DNA of 56,973 bases. Source: a virus. Taxonomy: Duplodnaviria; Caudoviricetes. Positions within the stretch are counted from its first letter, which is position 1, and each line of letters begins with the position of its first letter. This document shows positions 8,338 to 16,938 of this stretch, one piece after another. The DNA lies in the IMG/VR virus record IMGVR_UViG_3300010354_002996, positions 1 to 56,973 of that record. One strand, 5' to 3'. The translations under genes and the position numbers were made by a program. The notes under the pieces are model-generated. The model was not told the DNA's origin. It saw only the letters and a program-made list of their open reading frames with translations, and did not search any database.

Positions 8338-8520
8338 ATGCTTTCATCTGAACAAAAAGTAGAACCGTTTAGCAATTATTCAATAGATAAAATGAAACGA
8401 GAACTTTTTTCAGATGAATTAAACAATATATTGATTCTACTAGATCTAAATGAAAATACAGATATCATAAAAGAATATTTCAAAGCTCGTATCAAGCAAA
8501 TAGACGAAAGATATAACTAA
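8338..8520 (+). CDS. Hypothetical protein
   Basis: 60 aa ORF exactly filling the gap before kdsA. Confidence 0.55.
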   Translation: MLSSEQKVEPFSNYSIDKMKRELFSDELNNILILLDLNENTDIIKEYFKARIKQIDERYN

Positions 8521-9372
8521 ATGTCATTTTATGATGATTGTGGTAATGATAAACCATTGAGCATTATCGCTGGTCCTTGTGTGTTTGAATCAAAGGACCA
8601 TGCGCTAGAAATGGCTGATCGTTTGCGTAATATAGTCCAAGATGTTGGATTTGTATTAGGGCGACCAGTCAACTTCATATATAAGACGTCCTTCGATAAG
8701 GCGAATCGAACATCTGCGGGAGGTTATAGAGGTGCGGGGTTCGATGAAGCGTTTTATGGAATGGACGCCGTCCGTGGATTAGGTATTCCTGTTCTTACGG
8801 ACGTTCATGACCCCTGGCAATGCGGAGCGACGAATGCTGACATCATACAGATTCCCGCTTTCCTTTGCAGGCAGACTGATCTACTCGAGGCAGCAGCACA
8901 GACTGGCAAACCAGTCAATGTCAAGAAAGGTCAGTTTCTTTCACCACAAGAAATGACGAACGTGGTGGAAAAGTTGGAGCATTTTGGTTGCAATAAAATT
9001 ATGCAAACTGAACGCGGAACAACATTTGGTTATAATAATCTAGTTGTTGATATGCGTTCGCTTGATATTATGAAACGCAACCAATATCCCGTTATCATGG
9101 ATTGCACTCATGCAGTCCAGCTTCCTGGAGGACAAGGAACATCATCTGGTGGTCAACGTGAATTCGTAGGAACTCTTGCTCGCGCTGCAGTTGCTGTTGG
9201 CGTGGCGGGCGTTTTCATGGAGGTTCATAACGATCCTGATAATGCTCCGTGTGACGGACCCAATATGTTAAATCTTGACATGTTCGAAGATCTACTATAT
9301 GATTTGTTTAAGATTGATCGAGTGAGAAAGGAAATTGATCATGAAAGACGACTTCAAGGAAGACAACAATAA
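8521..9372 (+). CDS. kdsA: 3-deoxy-8-phosphooctulonate (KDO8P) synthase
   Basis: IIAGPCVFES, KTSFDKANRTS, QIPAFLCRQTDLL, VKKGQFL, ERGTTFGYNNLVVD, DCTHAVQ, EVH, CDG. Confidence 0.96.
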   Translation: MSFYDDCGNDKPLSIIAGPCVFESKDHALEMADRLRNIVQDVGFVLGRPVNFIYKTSFDKANRTSAGGYRGAGFDEAFYGMDAVRGLGIPVLTDVHDPWQCGATNADIIQIPAFLCRQTDLLEAAAQTGKPVNVKKGQFLSPQEMTNVVEKLEHFGCNKIMQTERGTTFGYNNLVVDMRSLDIMKRNQYPVIMDCTHAVQLPGGQGTSSGGQREFVGTLARAAVAVGVAGVFMEVHNDPDNAPCDGPNMLNLDMFEDLLYDLFKIDRVRKEIDHERRLQGRQQ

Positions 9373-9913
9373 GACGTTTGCTCCTACGCTAGAAGAAAAG
9401 CACTACTATCTATTCAATAAAGATTTTAATCATGATTCCTGTGGAGATGCCCTTGCCTTTATCCTAGAACGTAATCTTATGGATAAAGATCGCCCCAAAC
9501 AAATCAAAATGATTATCAACTCTTATGGTGGCGTTGTTGATGCAGCATTCGCACTTATCGATACCATGAAGGGATCTCGTATTCCAGTCTTTACATACGG
9601 TCTTGGTTGTATTGCCAGTTGCGGTCTGATGACATTCATCGCTGGTCAAAAGGGAAAGCGATTCATTACTCGTAACACATCAATTCTTTCACATCAGTTT
9701 TCTTGGGGAAACTTTGGTAAGGAACATGAACTGTTTGCTACAGTAAAAGAATTTACCAACACTCAGCAGCGTATCGTAGAACATTACAAACGTTGCACAG
9801 GAATGACAGAAAAGAATATCAAGAAATATCTGCTTCCACCTGAAGACGTATGGCTAACGGCAAAAGAAGCAGTTAAATATGGCATCGCAGATGAAATAGT
9901 GGAGTGGTATTGA
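9341..9913 (+). CDS. clpP: ATP-dependent Clp protease proteolytic subunit
   Basis: IINSYGG, CIASCG (catalytic Ser), LSHQ (His), EDVWLTAKEAVKYGIADEI. SD aaagga. Confidence 0.92.
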   Translation: MKDDFKEDNNKTFAPTLEEKHYYLFNKDFNHDSCGDALAFILERNLMDKDRPKQIKMIINSYGGVVDAAFALIDTMKGSRIPVFTYGLGCIASCGLMTFIAGQKGKRFITRNTSILSHQFSWGNFGKEHELFATVKEFTNTQQRIVEHYKRCTGMTEKNIKKYLLPPEDVWLTAKEAVKYGIADEIVEWY

Positions 9914-9914
9914 T

Positions 9915-10466
9915 ATGGGACTTATAAATGGTAAGGTATGGGGTAATACAAGCGCACTCATTCAGAATTCGTTCGTAGAATTTCATCGGATTAACGCAAA
10001 AGCAGGTTATCGTTGTTCGGAGCATAAACATGCACACAAGTGGAACGCTTTCTATGTCATTTCTGGAGAACTTGAAATTCATGTACGAAAGAATGATTAT
10101 GATCTCACCGACGTCACTGTTCTCAGAGCAGGCGACTTTACTACTGTTTCTCCTGGCGAATATCATTGGTTCAACTGCACCGTCGATTGCGCTGCGGTAG
10201 AACTGTATTATCCAGAAGGCATCAGTGAAGATATTCAGCGCAAGAGCGTTGGCGGCGCAAATGTAACGAAAAAGTCACCTTGCGTTTCTATTTGTAAACT
10301 CGATGAAGTGACTGGTAAGTGCGTTGGTTGTGGTCGCACTATTGAAGATATTCAAGACTATGGTAACAAGTATCATACTCTCAGAGGTACTGTAACAAAA
10401 TATGTTATTCAGGATGAGCTGGTTGCAGAAGCAGTAGCAGCAGTTGATAAGGAACGTGGTAAATGA
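9915..10466 (+). CDS. Cupin domain fused to DUF1289-like Cys cluster
   Basis: CSEHKHAHKWNAFYVISGEL...VSPGEYHWF cupin; SPCVSICKLDEVTGKCVGCGRTIEDI. Confidence 0.8.
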   Translation: MGLINGKVWGNTSALIQNSFVEFHRINAKAGYRCSEHKHAHKWNAFYVISGELEIHVRKNDYDLTDVTVLRAGDFTTVSPGEYHWFNCTVDCAAVELYYPEGISEDIQRKSVGGANVTKKSPCVSICKLDEVTGKCVGCGRTIEDIQDYGNKYHTLRGTVTKYVIQDELVAEAVAAVDKERGK

Positions 10467-10696
10467 ACGAACTCTCTAGTCTTATGTCCTCAAATACTTT
10501 CGTGAGTTTGGTTGAAAAGCGAGTTCAGTCACTTGGTATGGGATACCTTGAAGCTATCACCGATGTCTGTGAAACTACTGGGCTTGAGTTTGAAAACGTA
10601 TCCAAACTTATGACGCCAACTATGCGTAAGCTGTTGCAATCAGAAGCACTTCAACTCAATTTACTAAAACGAACAGGATCTCGGTTGCCAATCTAA
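10463..10696 (+). CDS. gp33: Late promoter transcription co-activator
   Basis: YLEAITDVCE...EALQLNLLK...RLPI; synteny 33-59-32. Confidence 0.88.
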   Translation: MNELSSLMSSNTFVSLVEKRVQSLGMGYLEAITDVCETTGLEFENVSKLMTPTMRKLLQSEALQLNLLKRTGSRLPI

Positions 10697-11286
10697 TGGA
10701 AGGCATGAAAGCATATCAGCGTTATCAAGCACTGAGATTACATTTCACATCCGATTACGATTTCATCAAGTATGGCGGCAAGATTCGGCAGATATCCGTC
10801 GAATCGTTCATGAAGCGAAAAGATACTTTTTTCTTTCAGCGATTGGAGCGGCGATACAAAGATGAAGAACTCACTGAATACTTTGTTGCCAATTTCGTCT
10901 CGCGTTCTGGTATCAAATGGATCGGTGAACTATCTGGTATTGAGTCTGAGAAGGTTTATGCTGCATGGCGTAAACGTATTGAATCATTCTCATATCAGTT
11001 AAAGCAAGAACTCATGGATATCGAATGCGATAGTCTTGAAGAACTACTGACACCAAAGAATGGAAGTCACCCTCCACTTCTTCGGTTATATCTGGGAAAC
11101 AAGATTTCTATTGAAACGGTTCTTGCTTTTGATATCGCTCTTGACGTTCTTAAACTATGGGATGCCAAGATCGAAGACGAGATTGTTTGGTCTGACATAT
11201 CTCGGCAACTTCACAAATACAAACCGTTCCTAAATGTTGACAAAGCCAACATAAAAAAAGTGATGAGGAGTGTATTTAAGTCTTGA
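10696..11286 (+). CDS. gp59: Helicase loader
   Basis: YQALRLHFTSDYDFIKYGG, KRKDTFFF, HPPLL, ISIET, YKPFL. Confidence 0.92.
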   Translation: MEGMKAYQRYQALRLHFTSDYDFIKYGGKIRQISVESFMKRKDTFFFQRLERRYKDEELTEYFVANFVSRSGIKWIGELSGIESEKVYAAWRKRIESFSYQLKQELMDIECDSLEELLTPKNGSHPPLLRLYLGNKISIETVLAFDIALDVLKLWDAKIEDEIVWSDISRQLHKYKPFLNVDKANIKKVMRSVFKS

Positions 11287-11344
11287 CTAATGCATCAATT
11301 TTCGATAACAAAAAAGTGATGAAGGAGTGTAATTAAGTCTTGAC
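11248..11344 (+). repeat. Imperfect direct repeat of about 38 bp (two copies)
   Basis: aacataaaaaaagtgatgaggagtgtatttaagtcttgac (11248-11287) versus aacaaaaaagtgatgaaggagtgtaattaagtcttgac (about 11308-11344). Confidence 0.85.
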
Positions 11345-11368
11345 ATTAGCAGTCAAAACGAATAATAT
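11336..11368 (+). promoter_or_regulatory. sigma70-like early promoter of gp32
   Basis: AGTCTTGACA-N17-TAATAT, the same arrangement as the tmRNA promoter. Confidence 0.7.
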
Positions 11369-11428
11369 ATACTCATACGTTATGAATCATGTGGATAAGA
11401 CGAAACACAAACTATACGGAGAATACAA

Positions 11429-12334
11429 ATGAATGAATCTTTCTCAGCCCTCAAGCGGTCCCGCACCTCTTCCCTTGACAAGTTGTCTCAGGAACTCAAC
11501 AAACTGGCGAATCCACAAGCGCAGTCATCTTCGGGTGATGATCGCTTCTGGCAACCAGAAGTTGATAAGGCAGGTAATGGTTATGCCGTTATTCGCTTTC
11601 TTCCTGCGGCACAGAACGAAGAACTCCCTTGGGTCCGCATCTGGAATCATGGTTTCCAGGGTCCAGGAGGCTGGTACATCGAGAACTCTCTTACGACTTT
11701 GAATCAGCAAGATCCCGTTGCTGAAATGAACTCAAAGCTGTGGAACTCAGGCAACGATAAGGATAAGGAAATTGTTCGCGCGCGCAAGCGTCGGCTAACT
11801 TATATTGCAAATATCCTTGTCGTAAAGGATCCTTCTCATCCAGAAAACGAAGGTAAGGTATTCCTTTACAAGTTCGGTAAGAAGATTTTCGATAAGATTA
11901 ATGAAAAGATGAATCCTCAGTTCGAAGATGAAACGCCAATGAATCCCTTTGATTTTTGGGAAGGCGCTAACTTCAAGCTAAAGATTCGCAAGGTTGAAGG
12001 TTATCGTAACTATGATAAAAGCGAGTTTGAAGATGCTTCAGAAATTGCTGAAGACGAATCAGACATTGAGGCAATCTGGAAGAAGCAGCATTCGCTTCAG
12101 GCATTCCTTGCGCCAAGCAACTTCAAGTCTTATGATGAACTGAAGAAGCGTTTGGATAAGGTATTGAATGGATCTGCTGCCGCGCCTAGTCGTGACAGTG
12201 AAGATGAAGGCTTTGAACCAGCACCTCGTGCTTCAGCTGCACCTTCCGTTGGTAAAACTGCACCAGCTCCAAAGCGTGCTTCAAATGATGATGATTTGTC
12301 GTTCTTTGAAAAGCTGGCAGAAGATGATGATTAA
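11429..12334 (+). CDS. gp32: Single-stranded DNA-binding protein
   Basis: DDRFWQPEVDKAGNGYAVIRFLP, HGFQGPGGWYIENS, FGKKIFDKI, NYDKSEF, acidic tail. Confidence 0.97.
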   Translation: MNESFSALKRSRTSSLDKLSQELNKLANPQAQSSSGDDRFWQPEVDKAGNGYAVIRFLPAAQNEELPWVRIWNHGFQGPGGWYIENSLTTLNQQDPVAEMNSKLWNSGNDKDKEIVRARKRRLTYIANILVVKDPSHPENEGKVFLYKFGKKIFDKINEKMNPQFEDETPMNPFDFWEGANFKLKIRKVEGYRNYDKSEFEDASEIAEDESDIEAIWKKQHSLQAFLAPSNFKSYDELKKRLDKVLNGSAAAPSRDSEDEGFEPAPRASAAPSVGKTAPAPKRASNDDDLSFFEKLAEDDD

Positions 12335-12403
12335 TCGTGGGCTTTCCTTTCCTTTCACCTACGATTAAACTGGAGGGGAGCAGAAATGTTCCCCTCTTTT
12401 TTT
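12331..12403 (+). terminator. 11-bp hairpin with pyrimidine loop followed by an intrinsic terminator
   Basis: TTAATCGTGGG/CCTACGATTAA (12331-12368); GAGGGGAGCA-GAAA-TGTTCCCCTC-T7 (12373-12403). Confidence 0.9.
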
Positions 12404-14372
12404 ATGCTGATGCCGTTGGTGCTGCAGCGCGTTGATTTGTACACCATTTAATAAAATCACCAATGCCCTGACCGCCAAGTTCGTTTGCTGTTGGTAGAGC
12501 AGATATAGGACCAGTTGGATGATTTGGCAGATCGTCACTATATTCTTCAGACTGATTATTATTATATACTTCAGGTTGCATATTCTGCATCTGCATTTGC
12601 ATCATATTGAAATTCATAGAATCAGTTTGACGCGATTGATATTCAAGACCAGATCCTTTTAGATCTGGTTCAGCTGGACCACCTCTACCGCCAGCTGCTG
12701 GTCCTTGTCTTATGTTAACGGTTTCTGTTGTGTCTCTACCCTTAATCCAGCTCATAGGATTCAATGCGCTTCTTTGCGTTTGGCTTTCGAATGAAAAATT
12801 AGTAGCATTATCATCACCAACACCATAATCTGGAGATTTTACGTTTCTATACCACCAAGCAGAACCCTTTCCTTTATTCTTTTTTCCTTCTTCAGTAGCC
12901 AAATATTTTCTATATTCATCAATCAATTCTTGATTTTTATTAATACGTTCTACAAGTTGTAGATCTGTCAACAGTTCAGCACCAGGAATCAATCCAGTTT
13001 CTGTTCGTTCTCTATTACCGCCAAGTCTTCTAGCAGATGCTATTCGCGCGTTTCGAATCTCTTCTAGTTCTTCTGTGCTAACTTGTTTTTCTTTTGCTAC
13101 TTTGTAAACTTCATCTTTAAGTGCTTCGAAGAAATCTTCACCCTTAACAACTTTTCTGCCTAATGATCTTCCGAGAATACCACCAGCTTCGGCTCCAGCA
13201 AGACCGCCAATCAAAGAGCCCACAACAGGAACAGGAATAAGATTACCAACCATAGCACCAACATTAGCACCAAGATATGTTCCTAAAGCATCAAAGATAG
13301 AAATATAAAAATCCTTTCTAGTGTCTTCGATTTCTTTATCATTTCTTTGATCTGGCGGTCGACTCATCGCTTCATAATGTCGCATAAATGCACTGGAAAC
13401 AGTTGCAACAGCCATTACCGCCCCAAGACCGCTCATAACTTTATTGGCGATGCCACCATCAAAACCTAAAACGCCTTTGGCTATTTTAAGAGTATTTTCC
13501 GTTGCAGCCTTGAAAGCAGCTTTTACCTTTGGCGTCATCTTTTGTGGTGTTCCAGGAGCAACTGCTGGTGGTGTTCTGCCAGGAACGTTTGTTGTGACGT
13601 TACCGTATCCAGGTCCAGTTAGTCCGAATCTACCTGTTCCAGTTCCAGAAAGACTACCTATATTTTTCCCAGAAACTCCCGTTTTAGACGGCTCCCACGC
13701 CATAGAAACTCTGGCAGTGGGTTTTCCAGGAATTTCTAGATTGATTGGAGGCGCGTTACGAGGAACTCTTTGCGGCTTTCCTGGTGGTTTTGGTTTATTT
13801 GGTTCTTGTGTTGGTGTTCTTGTTTGTTGTGGTGTTCTTGTTTGTTGTGGCGTTCTTGGTGTTGTTGTTCTTGGTTTATTTGGTTCTTGTGTTGGTGTTC
13901 TTGTTTGTGGTGGCGTTTTTGGTTTTGGTTTTCTAGTATCAGGAATAACAGGAGGAATAACAGGAGGACCGCTGGGAAGATCAATTCCTTTCCCCGCTAC
14001 TCCAGGACCGAAAGGTTCTGCTTCACCGCCGATGCCGCCGCCAGCAAAATCAAATGATATTGCTTTCAATGCCGCTAGAAAATCATTTCTACTGGATTCA
14101 ATTTCTTTACGAAGATAGGTAAACTTAAATCTAATATTCTTTTCTAGATTTGTTAGATCACGGATTACAGCTTTGAATCCGTCTACAGTTTTTTCTGAAG
14201 ACTTTCTCAGATCTGCAAATGAATCATTAGTTTTGCTTAGAAAAGAAGAAAAATCAGATATAGCAAGTTTCAGCATATCACTAGATACTTTAACTACATT
14301 ATCATTAGCTGCTGCAGCAAATACGCTTGGTCTAATGTAATTATCATTAGAAGCAATAGTTGGTAATGCCAT
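12402..14372 (-). CDS. Putative tape-measure/hub-associated virion protein with Pro/Thr repeats and Gly-zipper hydrophobic segment
   Basis: Downstream of gp26/gp51; helical N-terminus, GAMVGNLIPVPVVGSLIGGLAGAEAGG, low complexity. Confidence 0.55.
   Translation of the reverse strand: MALPTIASNDNYIRPSVFAAAANDNVVKVSSDMLKLAISDFSSFLSKTNDSFADLRKSSEKTVDGFKAVIRDLTNLEKNIRFKFTYLRKEIESSRNDFLAALKAISFDFAGGGIGGEAEPFGPGVAGKGIDLPSGPPVIPPVIPDTRKPKPKTPPQTRTPTQEPNKPRTTTPRTPQQTRTPQQTRTPTQEPNKPKPPGKPQRVPRNAPPINLEIPGKPTARVSMAWEPSKTGVSGKNIGSLSGTGTGRFGLTGPGYGNVTTNVPGRTPPAVAPGTPQKMTPKVKAAFKAATENTLKIAKGVLGFDGGIANKVMSGLGAVMAVATVSSAFMRHYEAMSRPPDQRNDKEIEDTRKDFYISIFDALGTYLGANVGAMVGNLIPVPVVGSLIGGLAGAEAGGILGRSLGRKVVKGEDFFEALKDEVYKVAKEKQVSTEELEEIRNARIASARRLGGNRERTETGLIPGAELLTDLQLVERINKNQELIDEYRKYLATEEGKKNKGKGSAWWYRNVKSPDYGVGDDNATNFSFESQTQRSALNPMSWIKGRDTTETVNIRQGPAAGGRGGPAEPDLKGSGLEYQSRQTDSMNFNMMQMQMQNMQPEVYNNNQSEEYSDDLPNHPTGPISALPTANELGGQGIGDFIKWCTNQRAAAPTASA
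13783..13915 (-). repeat. Intragenic direct repeats encoding QTRTPTQEPNKP x2 and TPQQTR x2
   Basis: ttggtttatttggttcttgtgttggtgttcttgtttgt occurs twice, about 81 bp apart. Confidence 0.85.
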
Positions 14373-14373
14373 C

Positions 14374-16938
14374 TTAGAATGCCCTTGCGAATGCGCCGAA
14401 GAATGAAGTGGCGACTATTGGAAATTGATTGAGATTGCCGCCATCCACAGTTCTTGCTCTTGTTATTGTTTTTGTGTTGTTTATTATAATAGGTTTAACC
14501 CCTCCCATCGCAGGCATTCCAGCGCCCATCATAAAACCAAACATTTGTGCTAAACCAAACAAGGGAGAACCAACAAACGGATTCATTTGCATTGTAGGAA
14601 TACCAGCTGTAGCAGATTGTGATGCTACCTGACCTCCAGGACCAGGAACTGCTAGTGTGTTTCCTGGACCAGCAATTGGTTCTGTTGCACGAGCTCCTTC
14701 TTCTGCTGGAACGGTTGCTGCAGAACCACTAATCATACCAAGAGGATCAACTGGTGATCCATTTTTACGAATTTCGAAGTGTAGATGCGGACCAGTTGAC
14801 ATACCAGTGCTACCAACGAGACCAATAACCTGCCCTTGTTTTACTGGTTGACCAACAGAAGTTCTAAATGTATGTAAGTGGGCATACCGTGAGGTTGTTC
14901 CATCTGAATGCTGCACTTCTACCATATTACCATAACCACCAGCAACACCTGCACGAACAACAGTACCGTCTGCTGTCGCTTTTACTGGAGTTCCTGTTGG
15001 TGCAGCATAGTCGACGCCAGTGTGCATCCTACGAGTTTTCCTGATAGGATGAATACGATAACCAAACTTACTTGATATTCTAGCGCCATCTACTGGAGAT
15101 GTATATCCAGAAGAAGTGCCTGTAGGAGATCCTGGTGGTGCAGCAGGATTAGCAGCAGCATTAGCAGCTGGACCATCTACAGGAACGTTTGGTTGATTAG
15201 CTAGTGATGTTGGAGAGCCAGTTGGTGATCCTACAGCAGATTGTGCAGTTCCTAAAAATTGTAAGTATTTGCCTGATTTGTAAACGCTCCAGGCTTTAAA
15301 TCCTTGCTGTTGAAAAATTTTTCTAGCAGCCATAGCATTAATTTTAGGATCTTTAAGCTGTTCGTTGGTTTGAATACCAAAAAGACGTCTTCGTTCAGGA
15401 CCCAACCTATCAATCATATTAATTTGCCATAATCCGTATGAATTATCTCCAGTAGATCTGTTTGGATTATGTGCATTAGGATTGCCGCTTGATTCGGCTG
15501 CCCCTATAGCACCCATAATTGCAGCTTCTTGGTCATTGAACCCAGCTTCTTTTGCTAATTGAACCATCCGCGAAACGCTTAAAATGTTTGTTCCGCGGGC
15601 GCCACCTACATCACCAAACCCACCTCCAGGAGTAGCTGTGCCAGAAAGAGCTTCTGCATTAATAGTTGCCGTTTGTGCTTGTTGTCTTTGTCCTGCTCCT
15701 AATGGCGCTTTATCGCCTCGAATGGCTTTTACAATAGTCATACCCTCAGTTCTTTGTTTATGAGGATTGACTTCACCATGTCCATAAACTTGAGTATCGG
15801 AATACCCAAGCATTTTAGCTAGTTTTTTAGCAGCCTCTACTTGTACTGGTAAAATGTCACTATCGTCTTTAGCAATAACTTCGACACCTTCTGTATTGGC
15901 ATTCGAAAGTCCTTCACCAACGCCTTGGCCATTTTTCATATGCTGACCACGTCGACCAGAAGGAAGAACTTGATATATTTTTCCTTCTCGATCAATAATG
16001 AATTGCGTTGGGAAATTGCGTTGTTTGAATACGTTTATGATACCGTCAGCAGTACCGCGTCCTGCTGTATGATGAATAATAAACCCTTCTCTACCAGACA
16101 AACTGCCAAAATTAAATAATCCTTGAGTTTTATTTGTTAAATCGATTACTCCAGAAAGATTAGCAGCCCCAGCTTGTTGTCTATTGATAGAAGGTGCTTC
16201 GCCTGACGGCGTTTGTTGTCGATTGTTGTTGTTTCCACCAGCAGTATCGGGTTTTGCTCCCCCACCAAAATAAAATTTATGTAAAGCTGCTGCTCCAGCA
16301 AAACCAACGCCAGCACCAATACCAGCAGCAGCAATACCTAATCCTTTTGTTACAGCACGACGTCTTGCTATACGACCAGCGCGTGCTCGAACTTCTGCTC
16401 CGCGAGCGCCACTACGATAATTTGTATCACCACCTTGACTTGGACTTAATACTCCTCCGCCTTGTCTTGTAGCTTGACCAACTGTTCTTGTAGCACTCCC
16501 ACTATTTGCACGAGATCCTCCAGCAGCTGGTCTAGAAAGCGAAGCACCGCCAGATCCCGATCTTGATGATCCTTTTTTTGATGGTGATTTAAATGATGGT
16601 TTTGCTTTTGCGCCGCCAGCACGAGTTGCTTGTTGTGTGCCAGTAAGTTTTGCTATAACGGCATCTTGAAACTCTTTCTGTTGATCCTGTATCTTACGCA
16701 TAGTAAGATCGGTTTCGTTGGCAAGAGTTGTTATCGTGTCTGTTAATTTACCAAAAAACTTTGGATAAAGATCTTGAATCTTTTCCTGATTTTCTGAAAC
16801 GCTTCTAATTAGATTGTTAGATTCTTTAAGTTTCGTCCGAACGGGACCACCAAAATTATCATTAGCAGCTTTGACTATGCGCGAATAGGACGGAAGTGCT
16901 CCCCGTAGCATATCTTTTTGCGTGCTTGATATTGGCAT
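14374..16938 (-). CDS. Multi-domain virion peptidoglycan hydrolase: amidase + lysozyme-like/transglycosylase + M23 peptidase
   Basis: IIHHTAG...FIIDREG...GVEV...YGHGEV; AAESSGNPNAHN...SYGLWQIN; HTGVDY...YAHL...STGPHLHFE. Confidence 0.88.
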   Translation of the reverse strand: MPISSTQKDMLRGALPSYSRIVKAANDNFGGPVRTKLKESNNLIRSVSENQEKIQDLYPKFFGKLTDTITTLANETDLTMRKIQDQQKEFQDAVIAKLTGTQQATRAGGAKAKPSFKSPSKKGSSRSGSGGASLSRPAAGGSRANSGSATRTVGQATRQGGGVLSPSQGGDTNYRSGARGAEVRARAGRIARRRAVTKGLGIAAAGIGAGVGFAGAAALHKFYFGGGAKPDTAGGNNNNRQQTPSGEAPSINRQQAGAANLSGVIDLTNKTQGLFNFGSLSGREGFIIHHTAGRGTADGIINVFKQRNFPTQFIIDREGKIYQVLPSGRRGQHMKNGQGVGEGLSNANTEGVEVIAKDDSDILPVQVEAAKKLAKMLGYSDTQVYGHGEVNPHKQRTEGMTIVKAIRGDKAPLGAGQRQQAQTATINAEALSGTATPGGGFGDVGGARGTNILSVSRMVQLAKEAGFNDQEAAIMGAIGAAESSGNPNAHNPNRSTGDNSYGLWQINMIDRLGPERRRLFGIQTNEQLKDPKINAMAARKIFQQQGFKAWSVYKSGKYLQFLGTAQSAVGSPTGSPTSLANQPNVPVDGPAANAAANPAAPPGSPTGTSSGYTSPVDGARISSKFGYRIHPIRKTRRMHTGVDYAAPTGTPVKATADGTVVRAGVAGGYGNMVEVQHSDGTTSRYAHLHTFRTSVGQPVKQGQVIGLVGSTGMSTGPHLHFEIRKNGSPVDPLGMISGSAATVPAEEGARATEPIAGPGNTLAVPGPGGQVASQSATAGIPTMQMNPFVGSPLFGLAQMFGFMMGAGMPAMGGVKPIIINNTKTITRARTVDGGNLNQFPIVATSFFGAFARAF

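Noticed and set aside
11369-11428. T4-style autoregulatory pseudoknot in the gp32 leader
   Set aside because: Only a weak TCATA/TATGA hairpin found; cannot support it by eye.
12270-12334. ASNDD in the gp32 tail, and ATNDN in gp2, as further tag mimics
   Set aside because: Explained by the normal acidic SSB tail or by chance; too degenerate to count.
13783-13915. Repeats as a possible CRISPR mini-array (also the pair at 11248-11344)
   Set aside because: Only two copies each, in-frame coding or imperfect, no unique spacer series, no cas genes in the window.
13444-14118. Plus-strand ORFs rich in Cys/Trp/Val (13444, 13745, 13770)
   Set aside because: Antisense artefacts of the Pro/Thr/Gln repeat tract.
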